Of a stretch of DNA of 64,000 nt, positions 9,554-18,684 are shown one piece after another. Origin of the DNA: Cyanobacteria bacterium P01_A01_bin.123 (GTDB taxonomy: Bacteria; Cyanobacteriota; Cyanobacteriia; Phormidesmidales; Phormidesmidaceae); the NCBI GenBank assembly GCA_039815185.1, contig JBCBZT010000007.1, positions 64,001 through 128,000 of the forward strand. Reading direction: 5' to 3'. Within the stretch, counting starts at the first letter, position 1, and every line of letters starts with the position of its first letter. The notes beneath the pieces were generated by a model. That model saw only the letters and a program-made list of their open reading frames with translations, did no database searches and was not told the DNA's origin. Both the position numbers and the translations under genes were made by a program.

Positions 9554-9957
9554 TCGCGGCCTGCCTTTTAGTTGGGTCGCCACTGTTAGCCGTGCCCTTG
9601 CCGCTGACCAGTTCGGTAGGTTGGGCGCAGACGAGTGACGACGATCGCCTAGCCGAGGCCGATCGCTTATTGCAGCAGGGCATTGATCACTATCGCAGTA
9701 GCCAGTTTAGGGAAGCCCTAGAGACCTGGCAAGCAGCGCTAGAGATTTATCGAATTCTGGATAATCGTACGGGCGAAGCGGGCATCCTCAACAACATTGG
9801 CATTGTGAACGACTCGTTGGGGAACTATGCCACGGCGCTGAACTATTACCAGCAAAGTCTGGTGATCCAACAAGCCATTGGCGACCGCGCTACCGAAGCC
9901 ATTACCCTCAACAACATTGGCATTGTGAACCGATTGTTGGGGAACTATCCAACAGCT
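9517..9957 (+). pseudogene. Truncated secreted TPR protein (5' part of a probable third TPR-CHAT gene)
   Basis: Signal peptide, EADRLLQQG and 40-aa TPRs that break mid-repeat at LGNYPTA (about 9957), after which the sequence is integrase-derived. Confidence 0.75.
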
Positions 9958-10301
9958 CCCATGTTCAGTTGCTCACAAATCAGCGATTATCAGGCAACCA
10001 AGCTACTGATCTCGTATTTCCTAGCCCAAAGGGTCGTGCTATTGATGACCACAACTTTTCTCAGCGCGTTTGGTGGTCTATGCTCAGTGCCACTGACATT
10101 ACGCCGTATTGTCCACCCTACGCATTACGGCATACCTTTGCTACATGGGGTAAGCGCAACGATATGACAGATGAGCAAATTGCCTACTGGCTGGGTCATA
10201 AAACAACCCGCATGGTTCGAGAACACTACAGACATCTTGATGAACAACCCTTCGTTCCGGAATTTGAAATTTCTACAAACGATGAGAGCTACGATGCCTA
10301 A
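9958..10301 (+). pseudogene. C-terminal remnant of a tyrosine recombinase (phage-type integrase)
   Basis: LVFPSPKG...PYALRHTFAT...IAYWLGH...MVREHY match the box II residues and catalytic Tyr. The N-terminal part is missing. It lies about 120 bp from a tRNA 3' end. Confidence 0.85.
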
Positions 10302-10419
10302 TTTTAGAGCCCAATCTTTAGCCCAAAATTAGGGCTAAGGGTATCCAACCTTGACCAAATACGCCCGTACTAAAGAACGAAACTCCTATGGTTTGGACCT
10401 TGTAATCTCTGAAAACCAA

Positions 10420-10492
10420 TGGAGCTAAGCGGATTCGAACCGCTGACCCCTTGAATGCCATTCAAGTGCTCTACCAACTGAGCTATAGCCCC
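10420..10492 (-). tRNA. tRNA-Ala (GGC)
   Basis: Reverse complement GGGGCTATAGCTCAGTTGGTAGAGCACTTGAATGGCATTCAAGGGGTCAGCGGTTCGAATCCGCTTAGCTCCA folds as a cloverleaf with anticodon GGC and a G3:U70 pair. CCA is not encoded. Confidence 0.97.
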
Positions 10493-10624
10493 GGATCATG
10501 CATTAGCCATCATCGCTTGAGCTTGAGTTATCGTCAAGGGATATTTCAACTTTATCTTGAGCAAACGACGCGATCGCAGGAGGTTCACGCTACAGTCAAA
10601 AACGTGCCTTCACTGACGATTACT

Positions 10625-11698
10625 ATGACTGCTGTACCTCCTAACGAGACCAATCCGCCCGATACTGATGCGCTGCTGCATAAACTGCGCCGCAAGCAGG
10701 GTAATTGGGTTGAGTGGGGCCAAGCGTGTCAAGCCTTACAAAAATCTGGACTCAATCCCCAGAAGATCTTTGAAGGTACAGGATTTGAACCGATTCAGCA
10801 AAATCAGATTATTGTCGCTGCCCAGGTCTATGAGTCTATTGCGAAAGGGGGGGCATCGGCGCAAACTCAGGCGCATTTTGCTGAGCGGGGGAGTGACAGC
10901 CTCTATGAATTGCGCATTCTGTCCCAAAGCGATCGCGCTGCCGCTGCCGACTTCATTGTTGCCCAAGGTCTCGATTCCGATGGGGTGAGAGAAATCGTCA
11001 AACCGCTGAAAGAATTTGCCTACCGTAGCGAACCACCAGAGGGATTTACCTTTCACCCCGGCGATGCTCTAGCGTTTCACTATTGGCGCTTGGCCCGTCA
11101 GCAAGAAGATTTGCAACTGCGATCGCGGCTGATTGCCCAAGGATTGCGCTATGCCCACAGTGTCAGTGCTCGCCAGCAGATTGAAACGCTGCTGACCGAT
11201 TTCTCCGTGGTTAAGACTAAAGCGGCACCCCGTTTACCCTTCTTTCGGGCCGATGATGAAACAGAACTCCCCCGAATTATTCCCGTTGCTGGGGAAATGC
11301 CGCTGCCTGTAGACGACTTCAAAGCAGTGCCTGTGACACTCACTGAAGAACCGTTTGGGGTCGTGAAGTTTTCGGGGGTGGGGGCTTGGGCACCTTTACC
11401 CGGTTGGCAAGTGATAATGCAGGCAGAAGATCCGGTGGGGGTTTTAACCACCAGCGATCGCTTGCCCAACGCTACCGCTGATACCCCCTCTGAGCTGGTT
11501 TTGGTCATCATCGATCGATCTCAACGCCAGTGGAACGTGTCTAGCTATTTTGCTGTAGCTCAAGAGGATACCCTTGATCTGCAATGGTTTGAAACCGCTC
11601 CGGCACAATCGCTCTTAGGGCAGGTCATCTTAATCCTCAAACCTAAGAAGATCTTAGACGAAGGCTATACTCGTGAACTTTGGCAAGTTGAAGAATAG
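10625..11698 (+). CDS. raf1: RuBisCO accumulation factor 1
   Basis: LRRKQGNWVEWGQAC, IFEGTGFEPIQQNQIIVAAQVY, and C-terminal PKKILDE...WQVEE. Start moved to ATG 10625 because the longer ORF overlaps the tRNA. Confidence 0.92.
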   Translation: MTAVPPNETNPPDTDALLHKLRRKQGNWVEWGQACQALQKSGLNPQKIFEGTGFEPIQQNQIIVAAQVYESIAKGGASAQTQAHFAERGSDSLYELRILSQSDRAAAADFIVAQGLDSDGVREIVKPLKEFAYRSEPPEGFTFHPGDALAFHYWRLARQQEDLQLRSRLIAQGLRYAHSVSARQQIETLLTDFSVVKTKAAPRLPFFRADDETELPRIIPVAGEMPLPVDDFKAVPVTLTEEPFGVVKFSGVGAWAPLPGWQVIMQAEDPVGVLTTSDRLPNATADTPSELVLVIIDRSQRQWNVSSYFAVAQEDTLDLQWFETAPAQSLLGQVILILKPKKILDEGYTRELWQVEE

Positions 11699-11707
11699 GA
11701 ACTCCCC

Positions 11708-11914
11708 ATGGCTCTTGAAAGACGACTGTCTCGCTCCATATTTTTAGATACCGAAGTAGTTGAACTGCGTCAGCTTTGCTTTACTCCCGGTCGTGTGTTT
11801 GAACCCGGTAAATACTTGGCCGGAGAATTGCCGGATACTGCCTTTGAAATGGGGCTGGTTGAGAAATTGCCTCCGGTGAGGGGTAAGAGTGAGGAGGTTG
11901 ATCCTCAAGTTTGA
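11708..11914 (+). CDS. Small hypothetical protein (68 aa)
   Basis: ATG 9 nt after the raf1 stop with AGGA upstream; fills the gap to sipA. Confidence 0.6.
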   Translation: MALERRLSRSIFLDTEVVELRQLCFTPGRVFEPGKYLAGELPDTAFEMGLVEKLPPVRGKSEEVDPQV

Positions 11915-11934
11915 TTAGAGGGAGGAGAAAGAAA

Positions 11935-12210
11935 ATGTCTGAAAGTTTCAAATCCGGCGATCGCGTCCGTTTAATTGGCAACCCGCCCTATATCAAAACT
12001 GCCGATTCGATGCCGATGCTGCGACCTCCTGATGTGGTTGCCAGTGGTGAAGAAGGTACGGTAATTGATCAACGACCGGGGGGATACTTCGGGGTTCGAT
12101 TTAGCCGGGGCAGTTTTTTACTCGATAGCCAGTATTTAGAACTCGCCCAAAATCTTTCTCAGGAAGAAAATTCTATCGAGACGCACATTGATATAGATCA
12201 GCAACAATAA
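11935..12210 (+). CDS. sipA: NblS-interacting protein SipA (DUF3148)
   Basis: GDRVRL..PPYIKTADSMPMLRPPDVV..GEEG...GVRFSRGSFLLDSQYL; GGAGG upstream of ATG 11935. Confidence 0.85.
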   Translation: MSESFKSGDRVRLIGNPPYIKTADSMPMLRPPDVVASGEEGTVIDQRPGGYFGVRFSRGSFLLDSQYLELAQNLSQEENSIETHIDIDQQQ

Positions 12211-12329
12211 GCAGTTGAACTCAACCTGTGTGAGCTAGAATTGTTAAGTCTTCTTTACAAGATGTGATAGTCGCTACAAATCTTGACCTAGGAGGCTGAC
12301 CGCAAACCACGCTGTTAGAGTATCTCGCC

Positions 12330-14120
12330 ATGACGCTGCCTATCCGTAATGTTGCCATCATCGCCCACGTTGATCACGGCAAAACGACTCTTGTCGATGC
12401 CTTGCTTAAGCAATCTGGAATCTTCCGCGAAGGAGAAGATGTCCCGACCTGCGTCATGGACTCCAATGATCTTGAACGGGAGCGGGGGATTACGATTCTG
12501 TCGAAAAACACAGCAGTGCGGTACCAAGAGACGCTGATCAATATTGTGGATACTCCTGGCCACGCTGATTTCGGCGGTGAGGTGGAACGGGTGCTGGGTA
12601 TGGTCGATGGCTGTATCCTGATTGTTGACGCCAATGAAGGCCCTATGCCCCAAACCCGCTTCGTATTGAAAAAGGCGCTGGAAAAGGGATTGCGTCCGAT
12701 TGTCGTGGTGAACAAAATCGACCGTCCTCAAGCAGATCCCTATGGGGCGATTGATAAGGTTTTGGATCTGTTTATTGAACTCGGGGCTGATGATGATCAG
12801 TGCGAATTCCCCTATTTGTTTGCCTCCGGTCTGGCTGGCTATGCCAAAGCCGATCTCGACGATGAAGACCAAGACATGAAGCCTCTGTTTGAGTCGATTT
12901 TGGATCATGTGCCGCCACCGATTGGCGATCTCGCTAAGCCTTTGCAAATGCAGGTAACGACCCTAGATTATTCAGACTACCTAGGCCGCATCATCATTGG
13001 TAAAATTCACAACGGTATTATTAAAGCTGGGCAGCAAGCTGCGCTGATTAAAGAAGATGGATCCGTTGTTAAGGGCAAAGTCAGTAAGCTGATGGGTTTT
13101 GAAGGGCTGCAGCGCGTTGAGATTGCTGACGCCTCAGCGGGTAATTTGGTGGCCGTTTCAGGCTTTGCTGATGCCAATATTGGTGAAACCTTAGCCTGTC
13201 CTGATGAACCCGAAGCTTTGCCGCTGATTAAAGTTGATGAACCGACGCTGCAAATGACCTTTGCGGTCAATGATTCACCTTTCGCCGGTAAAGAGGGCGA
13301 TTTTGTCACGTCTCGTCAACTGCGCGATCGCTTGATGCGCGAACTCGAAACTAATGTGGCGCTGCGGGTCGAACCCACCGATTCTCCCGATCGCTTTGGG
13401 GTGTCGGGTCGGGGTGAACTGCACCTAGGCATTTTGATTGAAACCATGCGGCGGCAGGGCTATGAGTTCCAAGTGTCCCAGCCCCAAGTCATCTACCGAG
13501 AAGTCAACGGTCATCCCTGCGAACCCTACGAACTGTTGGTGCTTGATGTGCCAGAAGAGGGCGTGGGGGGCTGCATGGAAAAACTGGGTCAGCGTCGGGG
13601 TGAACTTCAAGACATGCGGGTATTGGGGGATGGTCGCGCCACGCTAGAGTTTGTGATTCCGGCCCGGGGGTTGATTGGTTTCCGGGGTGATTTCATGCGT
13701 CTGACGCGCGGTGAAGGCATCATGAACCACAGCTTTTTAGACTATCGCCCCCTGTCTGGTGATGTCGATACTCGTCGCAACGGTGTGCTGATTTCCTTTG
13801 AAGAGGGCACGGCGACCTTCTATGCCCTAAAAAATGCAGAAGATCGTGGTGTCTTTTTCATTGCACCCGGGACTAAGGTTTATAAAGGCATGATTGTCGG
13901 CGAACACAATCGCCAGCAAGACCTTGAGCTCAACATCTGCAAAACGAAGCAGCTGACTAACCATCGTGCGGCTAGTGGCGATGAACTGGTACAGCTCCAG
14001 GCTCCTGTAGATATGAGCCTGGAGCGGGCGCTAGAATACATCGGCTCCGATGAGATGCTTGAGGTGACGCCTGAGTCGATTCGATTGCGAAAAATGTCTA
14101 AAAAACTGGCGCGACGGTAA
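12330..14120 (+). CDS. typA: Translational GTPase TypA/BipA
   Basis: IRNVAIIAHVDHGKTTLVD, ERERGITI, DTPGHADFGGEVER, NKID, EVTPESIRLRK. Confidence 0.97.
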   Translation: MTLPIRNVAIIAHVDHGKTTLVDALLKQSGIFREGEDVPTCVMDSNDLERERGITILSKNTAVRYQETLINIVDTPGHADFGGEVERVLGMVDGCILIVDANEGPMPQTRFVLKKALEKGLRPIVVVNKIDRPQADPYGAIDKVLDLFIELGADDDQCEFPYLFASGLAGYAKADLDDEDQDMKPLFESILDHVPPPIGDLAKPLQMQVTTLDYSDYLGRIIIGKIHNGIIKAGQQAALIKEDGSVVKGKVSKLMGFEGLQRVEIADASAGNLVAVSGFADANIGETLACPDEPEALPLIKVDEPTLQMTFAVNDSPFAGKEGDFVTSRQLRDRLMRELETNVALRVEPTDSPDRFGVSGRGELHLGILIETMRRQGYEFQVSQPQVIYREVNGHPCEPYELLVLDVPEEGVGGCMEKLGQRRGELQDMRVLGDGRATLEFVIPARGLIGFRGDFMRLTRGEGIMNHSFLDYRPLSGDVDTRRNGVLISFEEGTATFYALKNAEDRGVFFIAPGTKVYKGMIVGEHNRQQDLELNICKTKQLTNHRAASGDELVQLQAPVDMSLERALEYIGSDEMLEVTPESIRLRKMSKKLARR

Positions 14121-14129
14121 ACATTACTC

Positions 14130-14181
14130 AAAAAAGGAAGTCAGCGCTCAAGGGGTTAAAAGCTTTGCTGCGCTGACTTCC
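14130..14181. terminator. Hairpin between convergent genes
   Basis: GGAAGTCAGCGC...GCGCTGACTTCC 12-bp stem with an A-tract on its left (U-tract on the minus strand). Confidence 0.6.
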
Positions 14182-14252
14182 GGCAACGTCTTCTTCAGAC
14201 TAACGGGGTTTTTACGTAATTCCACTACCCCAGTGGGTAGTTTACGGGTTAT

Positions 14253-14468
14253 TCACATGCGATCGTGATAGAGACCTTGCAATAAATTGTTCAATTGTTC
14301 TTCAGGGCAGCAGTCTATCAGAGCCTCTAGGATATCCACGAGTTTTGCTGCTGTTTCTCCCAAGGTCGGGCTCATATCCCAGACGTCTTGTGCCCAACTT
14401 TGGGGAAGATCAGCATTAAAAATCATCCGCTCTAACAGCTGCTTAGCTTCGACCTTGGAAAGGGACAT
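14253..14468 (-). CDS. Small hypothetical protein (71 aa)
   Basis: MSLSKVEAKQLLERMIF...WAQDVWDMSPTLGE, an amphipathic helical sequence; start at ATG 14468. Confidence 0.65.
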   Translation of the reverse strand: MSLSKVEAKQLLERMIFNADLPQSWAQDVWDMSPTLGETAAKLVDILEALIDCCPEEQLNNLLQGLYHDRM

Positions 14469-14546
14469 GGCAATTTTCTGCAACGACCCAACGATTCTTG
14501 CGCCGTTGACTCGAATCGTCAAGCAGAGATGCCTTGGGGGGTAGAG

Positions 14547-15242
14547 ATGGTTCACTCTGTTTCTAAGCGGTCGGCCCTGATTGCCTTAGGGTTTTTAGTC
14601 GGAGCAGCCAATTTGGGAATTGTGGCTCGGCTGTATTTTCCCCAGAATATTGGCCAGGGCTTATTTGTTGCGACCCGTCTCTGGATTTTGGGGCTACCCC
14701 TCCTGTGGTTTTTTCGTGTTGAACGGCGGCGATTAGCGCTTGTATGGCCGACGCGGTCAGAGCTTTAGCAAGGGTTGGGGCTGGGAGGATTGATGTTCGT
14801 CGTGATCTGGATAGCCTATTGGTATATTGGGCGACCTTGGATGAATGTTGATGCGATTCGCTCAACAGCAGCGACGTTGAGGTTGGATAATCGCGGTATT
14901 TTCTTAGCCTTTGCAGTTTATTTCACTGTGGTTAATGTCTTGATCGAAGAATATATTTGGCGTTGGTTTGTCTGTCGACAATGTGAAGTGTTCTTACCGG
15001 GTTTGGGAGCTGTCGGATTAGCCGCATTCTGCTTTACGCTACATCATATTGTTGCGTTGCAAGGATATGTTGGCAATAGCTTGATTACTGTTTTAGGGGC
15101 TCTCGGTGTCTTCATTGCTGGACTGATTTGGTCTGTTTTCTACGTGAGGTATCGATCGCTTTTGGTCTGCTGTATCAGCCATATGATGGCTGATTTGGCG
15201 ATCGCGATCGTGGCTGGTCAGATATTGTTTGGTGATATTTGA
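14547..15242 (+). pseudogene. CPBP (Abi/CAAX) intramembrane glutamic protease interrupted by an in-frame TAG
   Basis: Motifs EEYIWR, FTLHH and SHMMAD. The two ORFs share one frame and are separated only by TAG at 14766-14768. Confidence 0.75.
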
Positions 15243-15509
15243 ATCAGAATTGATTTAAATAATACCGATGAAATTGTTCTCTATAATACCAACGATTCTG
15301 ACTGTGAGTTTTAGTGATATTGTCTATCGCATTGTGCCTTGTTCACGATATTCAAGCTCGAATAGTTAAGCTTATGCTACGTTAAAAACGTGTCTTGATA
15401 TCACGTTAGCTGCATTATTTGTGACTAGAAAGGTTTTCTTTTAATAATTGATCAGCTAATAATCAGCTAACGGCAAACCACGACAATTTCAGTTTTTGGA
15501 GTTATACCC

Positions 15510-15785
15510 GTGTCAATTTACGTTGGAAACCTGTCCTACACTGCCACTCAAGATGACTTGAGCGGTGTTTTTACTGAGTATGGGACAATAAATCGAGTAA
15601 CGGTACCCCTTGATCGTGAAACTGGGCGTCCCCGAGGTTTTGCCTTTGTGGAACTCAGCAGCCCGGCAGAAGAAGATTCTGCTATTGAAGCGCTAGATGG
15701 TGCTGAATGGATGGGCCGAGAGCTCCGCGTTAATAAAGCGAGGCCGCGTGAAAATAGTGCCCCTCGTCGCGATCGCAGTTGGTAA
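15510..15785 (+). CDS. RRM RNA-binding protein (cyanobacterial Rbp family)
   Basis: SIYVGNL (RNP2), RGFAFVE (RNP1), LDGAEWMGRELRVNKARPR. Confidence 0.95.
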   Translation: MSIYVGNLSYTATQDDLSGVFTEYGTINRVTVPLDRETGRPRGFAFVELSSPAEEDSAIEALDGAEWMGRELRVNKARPRENSAPRRDRSW

Positions 15786-15828
15786 ACTCCTGTACATTTG
15801 AGTGCTTGACCCGACCCGGATATCGACC

Positions 15829-16746
15829 CTAGTGGTTGATGCCCGGGTCTTTTGGTAACGTCGTGGCTGTGGCGTACAAGTGTTGTTGACGATGTTGACT
15901 GAGAATGCCGTATTTGGGCGCGAATACCATTGCAACCCCAAATAGCAGCGTCATCAGCACCACAATACTGCCAGCCGTAGACGTATCTAGGTGGTAGCTC
16001 ATATAGGTGCCCAGCACGCAAGATGCCACACTGGTTGCGACCGAGAGCATAAGTATACGGTCAAAGCGATCGCTCAGGAGATAGGCTGTCGCACCAGGTG
16101 TCACCAGCATCGCGATGACTAAGATAATGCCTGCCGTTTGTAGCGCTGTGACAATCGTCAAGGCAAGCACAGATAGCAGCGTGTAGTACATCAGCTGGGT
16201 ATTGAGGCCGATAGCCTTGGCGTGGTTGGGGTCGAAGCAAAACAACAGTAAGTCCCGGCGACGTAGCAGAATGATCACTAGGGTTGCGGTTCCTGCAATG
16301 AGGGTCTGAATGATGTCCTGCTGGGAAATGCCCAACACATTGCCAAACAGAATATGAAATAGATCGACGTTGCTTGGAATTTTAGTCGACAGCACTATTC
16401 CAAAGGCAAAGAACCCAGTAAAGATGACGCCAATCACTGCATCTTCTTTCAGTCGGGTTTTGGCTTTGACATAGCCAATGGCGACCGTTGCCCCAAAACC
16501 AAACAAAAATGCGCCAACAGCAAAGGGAATCTCCAGTGCGTAGGCGACTACTACACCCGGCACCACTGCGTGGGATACTGCATCACCCATGAGCGACCAT
16601 CCCTTTAGGGTGATATAGCAAGATAGCACTGCACAGACTGTACCTACAAAGGCGCTGACCCAGAGAGCCTTAAGTAAGAACCCATGTCGTAGCGGCTCAA
16701 GCAGTGTATCCCATAGGGGAAATGCAGCGCTCAGGTAACTCATCAT
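15829..16746 (-). CDS. mntB: Mn/metal ABC transporter permease
   Basis: WSLMGDAVSHAVVPG, EDAVIG, LFGNVLGI; multiple TM helices. Confidence 0.88.
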   Translation of the reverse strand: MMSYLSAAFPLWDTLLEPLRHGFLLKALWVSAFVGTVCAVLSCYITLKGWSLMGDAVSHAVVPGVVVAYALEIPFAVGAFLFGFGATVAIGYVKAKTRLKEDAVIGVIFTGFFAFGIVLSTKIPSNVDLFHILFGNVLGISQQDIIQTLIAGTATLVIILLRRRDLLLFCFDPNHAKAIGLNTQLMYYTLLSVLALTIVTALQTAGIILVIAMLVTPGATAYLLSDRFDRILMLSVATSVASCVLGTYMSYHLDTSTAGSIVVLMTLLFGVAMVFAPKYGILSQHRQQHLYATATTLPKDPGINH

Positions 16747-17546
16747 GCAGCGTCTACTCCCGTTCTGAATTCAGTCATAAAAGGTGATTTGCCCAAACCC
16801 GCAACCGGGACGCCACCAAAAGTCATCGCTAGATTTTCTGGGGTAAAGGTTTCTGCAGTGGTTCCTGAAGCCAAAATGGTTTGGTTTAGCAAAATCACGC
16901 GATCGCAGAAGGTTGAAACTGACGCTAAATCATGGGTTGAAACCAAGATTGTATGTCCCTGATTGCGCAACTGTATGAGTAAGTCGATAATTCGCTTTTC
17001 GGTTTTGACATCAACCCCAGTGAACGGTTCATCTAACAAAATTACCTTCCCTTCTTGAGCCAAAGCCCGTGCCAAAAACGCTCGTTTTCTCTGGCCACCT
17101 GAGAGTTCACCAATCTGGCGATGGCGGAGGTCACTCAGACCAACTCGCTCAAGACTTTCCATTACCATGCGGCGATCTTTGAGACTAGGAATCCGCAAGA
17201 CATTCATATAGCCGTAGCGGCCCATCATTACCACATCAAATACGCTAACCGGGAACTGCCAATCTACCTCATCGGCCTGGGGCACATAGGCTATCCACTG
17301 ACGCTTTTGAGCCTGTTGTACGCGCTCTGTGCCGATGCGAATCCGCCCCTGGGTTGGTTGCAAAAAACCCATCATTGCTTTAAACAGGGTAGATTTGCCG
17401 CCCCCATTTGGCCCCACTAGCCCTGTGATCGTGCCCGGCTCAACCCTACAGTTGGCGTTATAAAGGGCTAAGCGAGCATTGCTGTAGGTAACACTGAGGT
17501 TTTGAACGGTAATGCTTAAAGGCAGTGTAGTTGTTTGCATCATCAT
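16743..17546 (-). CDS. mntA: Mn/metal ABC transporter ATPase
   Basis: GPNGGGKST, LSGGQRKR, LLDEPFTGVD, YVPQADEVDWQFPVSV. Confidence 0.9.
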   Translation of the reverse strand: MMMQTTTLPLSITVQNLSVTYSNARLALYNANCRVEPGTITGLVGPNGGGKSTLFKAMMGFLQPTQGRIRIGTERVQQAQKRQWIAYVPQADEVDWQFPVSVFDVVMMGRYGYMNVLRIPSLKDRRMVMESLERVGLSDLRHRQIGELSGGQRKRAFLARALAQEGKVILLDEPFTGVDVKTEKRIIDLLIQLRNQGHTILVSTHDLASVSTFCDRVILLNQTILASGTTAETFTPENLAMTFGGVPVAGLGKSPFMTEFRTGVDAA

Positions 17547-17648
17547 TTGTTTACCTAATTTATTTGCCTAAAAGAGGTCAGGTTATCTTGGGCGTTGTAT
17601 CGGTGGGCCATACCCACGAAACATAGGATTTGACCTGTCAAACAGCCT

Positions 17649-18635
17649 CTAAGGCGTATTGCTACCTGCCAATAGGCCATTTGCAATGGTGCGGGCGTCG
17701 TATTCCAGTAGGTCTAAGAAAGTTGGCACAGGCCCATCTTCTGTCGAGAGGGAGTCAACGTATAGATTGCCTCCAAAGCGGGCTCCAGTACTTTGAGCGA
17801 CTTGCTTTTGACCTTCATCGCTAACCGTGCTTTCGCAAAACACGGTGGGGACTTCACCGTCGTTGACCTGCTCAATCACGCCCTGAATTTGTTTGGGGGT
17901 AGATTGTTGTTCAGCGTTGATGGGCCAAAGGTAAATTTCTGTCATGCCGTAATCGCGAGCCAGATAAGCAAACGCTCCTTCACAACTCACGAGGTATCGC
18001 TGTGATTCAGGCACTCGCTCTAGATCGACCTGGAGTTGCTTATCAATGGCTTCAATCTGTTCGCTGTAGGCAGCGGCATTCGCGTTGTAGGTCTCCGCAT
18101 TCTCAGGGTCGAGTTCAACAAACGCTTGACGAATATTTTCAACATAAATTAGGGCATTGCGGGGCGACATCCAGGCATGGGGATTCGGTTTGTCGGTGTA
18201 GGGTCCTTCAGCAATGGGGATGGGCTCAATGCCTTCTGTTAAAACGACTGAGGGCACATCTTGGACATTTCCTAGGAATTGCTCAAACCAACGCTCTAGA
18301 TTCATGCCGTTGTAAAGCAGCAAGTCAGCATCCTGAGCTTTACTTAAATCGCTAGGGACGGGTTCGTAACCATGGATCTCTGCGCCAATGCGGGTAATTG
18401 ATTCAACCACCAGTTTGTCGCCGGCCACATTTTGGGCCATGTCTGCCAGGATGGTGAAAGTGGTTAGCACTTTCTTTTTCCCTCCGGCTTGGGTAGTTGA
18501 GTCGGGCTCAACGGCGTTTTCAATCTCAGCAGTGTCAGGGGTTGAAATTTCTGTAGGCGCGCAGCCTTGCAGCCAAACTCCAAGTATGAGGCTGGCTGCA
18601 AGGGTTAAACTTCTGATGGGCAAATTGTTTGCCAT
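17649..18635 (-). CDS. mntC: Mn/metal ABC transporter substrate-binding lipoprotein
   Basis: Lipobox LQGC; metal-ligand motifs EIHGYEP, NPHAWMSP, CEGAF, YVDSL. Confidence 0.9.
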   Translation of the reverse strand: MANNLPIRSLTLAASLILGVWLQGCAPTEISTPDTAEIENAVEPDSTTQAGGKKKVLTTFTILADMAQNVAGDKLVVESITRIGAEIHGYEPVPSDLSKAQDADLLLYNGMNLERWFEQFLGNVQDVPSVVLTEGIEPIPIAEGPYTDKPNPHAWMSPRNALIYVENIRQAFVELDPENAETYNANAAAYSEQIEAIDKQLQVDLERVPESQRYLVSCEGAFAYLARDYGMTEIYLWPINAEQQSTPKQIQGVIEQVNDGEVPTVFCESTVSDEGQKQVAQSTGARFGGNLYVDSLSTEDGPVPTFLDLLEYDARTIANGLLAGSNTP

Positions 18636-18647
18636 GGCTAAAACGAT

Positions 18648-18684
18648 TTTTCATAATTGTCTCATATTTCATTTTTACCTCATA
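18648..18684 (-). promoter_or_regulatory. Two ManR-like direct-repeat pairs upstream of mntC
   Basis: Minus strand reads TATGAGG-TAAA-AATGAAA and TATGAGA-CAAT-TATGAAA, both with an 11-bp period. Confidence 0.6.

Larger units (their letters stand above)
1..10420. mobile_element. Right end of a decayed tRNA-Ala-associated genomic island
   Basis: Integrase remnant next to the tRNA 3' end, accessory genes on the left and core genes on the right. The left boundary is not in the window. Confidence 0.6.

Noticed and set aside
9958..10167. C-terminal part of the 216-aa ORF as a real hydrophobic domain
   Set aside because: It is an out-of-frame read of the integrase remnant.
10451..10624. N-terminal extension of raf1 from TTG 10451
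   Set aside because: It overlaps tRNA-Ala and shows no Raf1 similarity; ATG 10625 is preferred.
12315..12947. 210-aa ORF antisense to typA
   Set aside because: Typical shadow ORF opposite a conserved GTPase gene.
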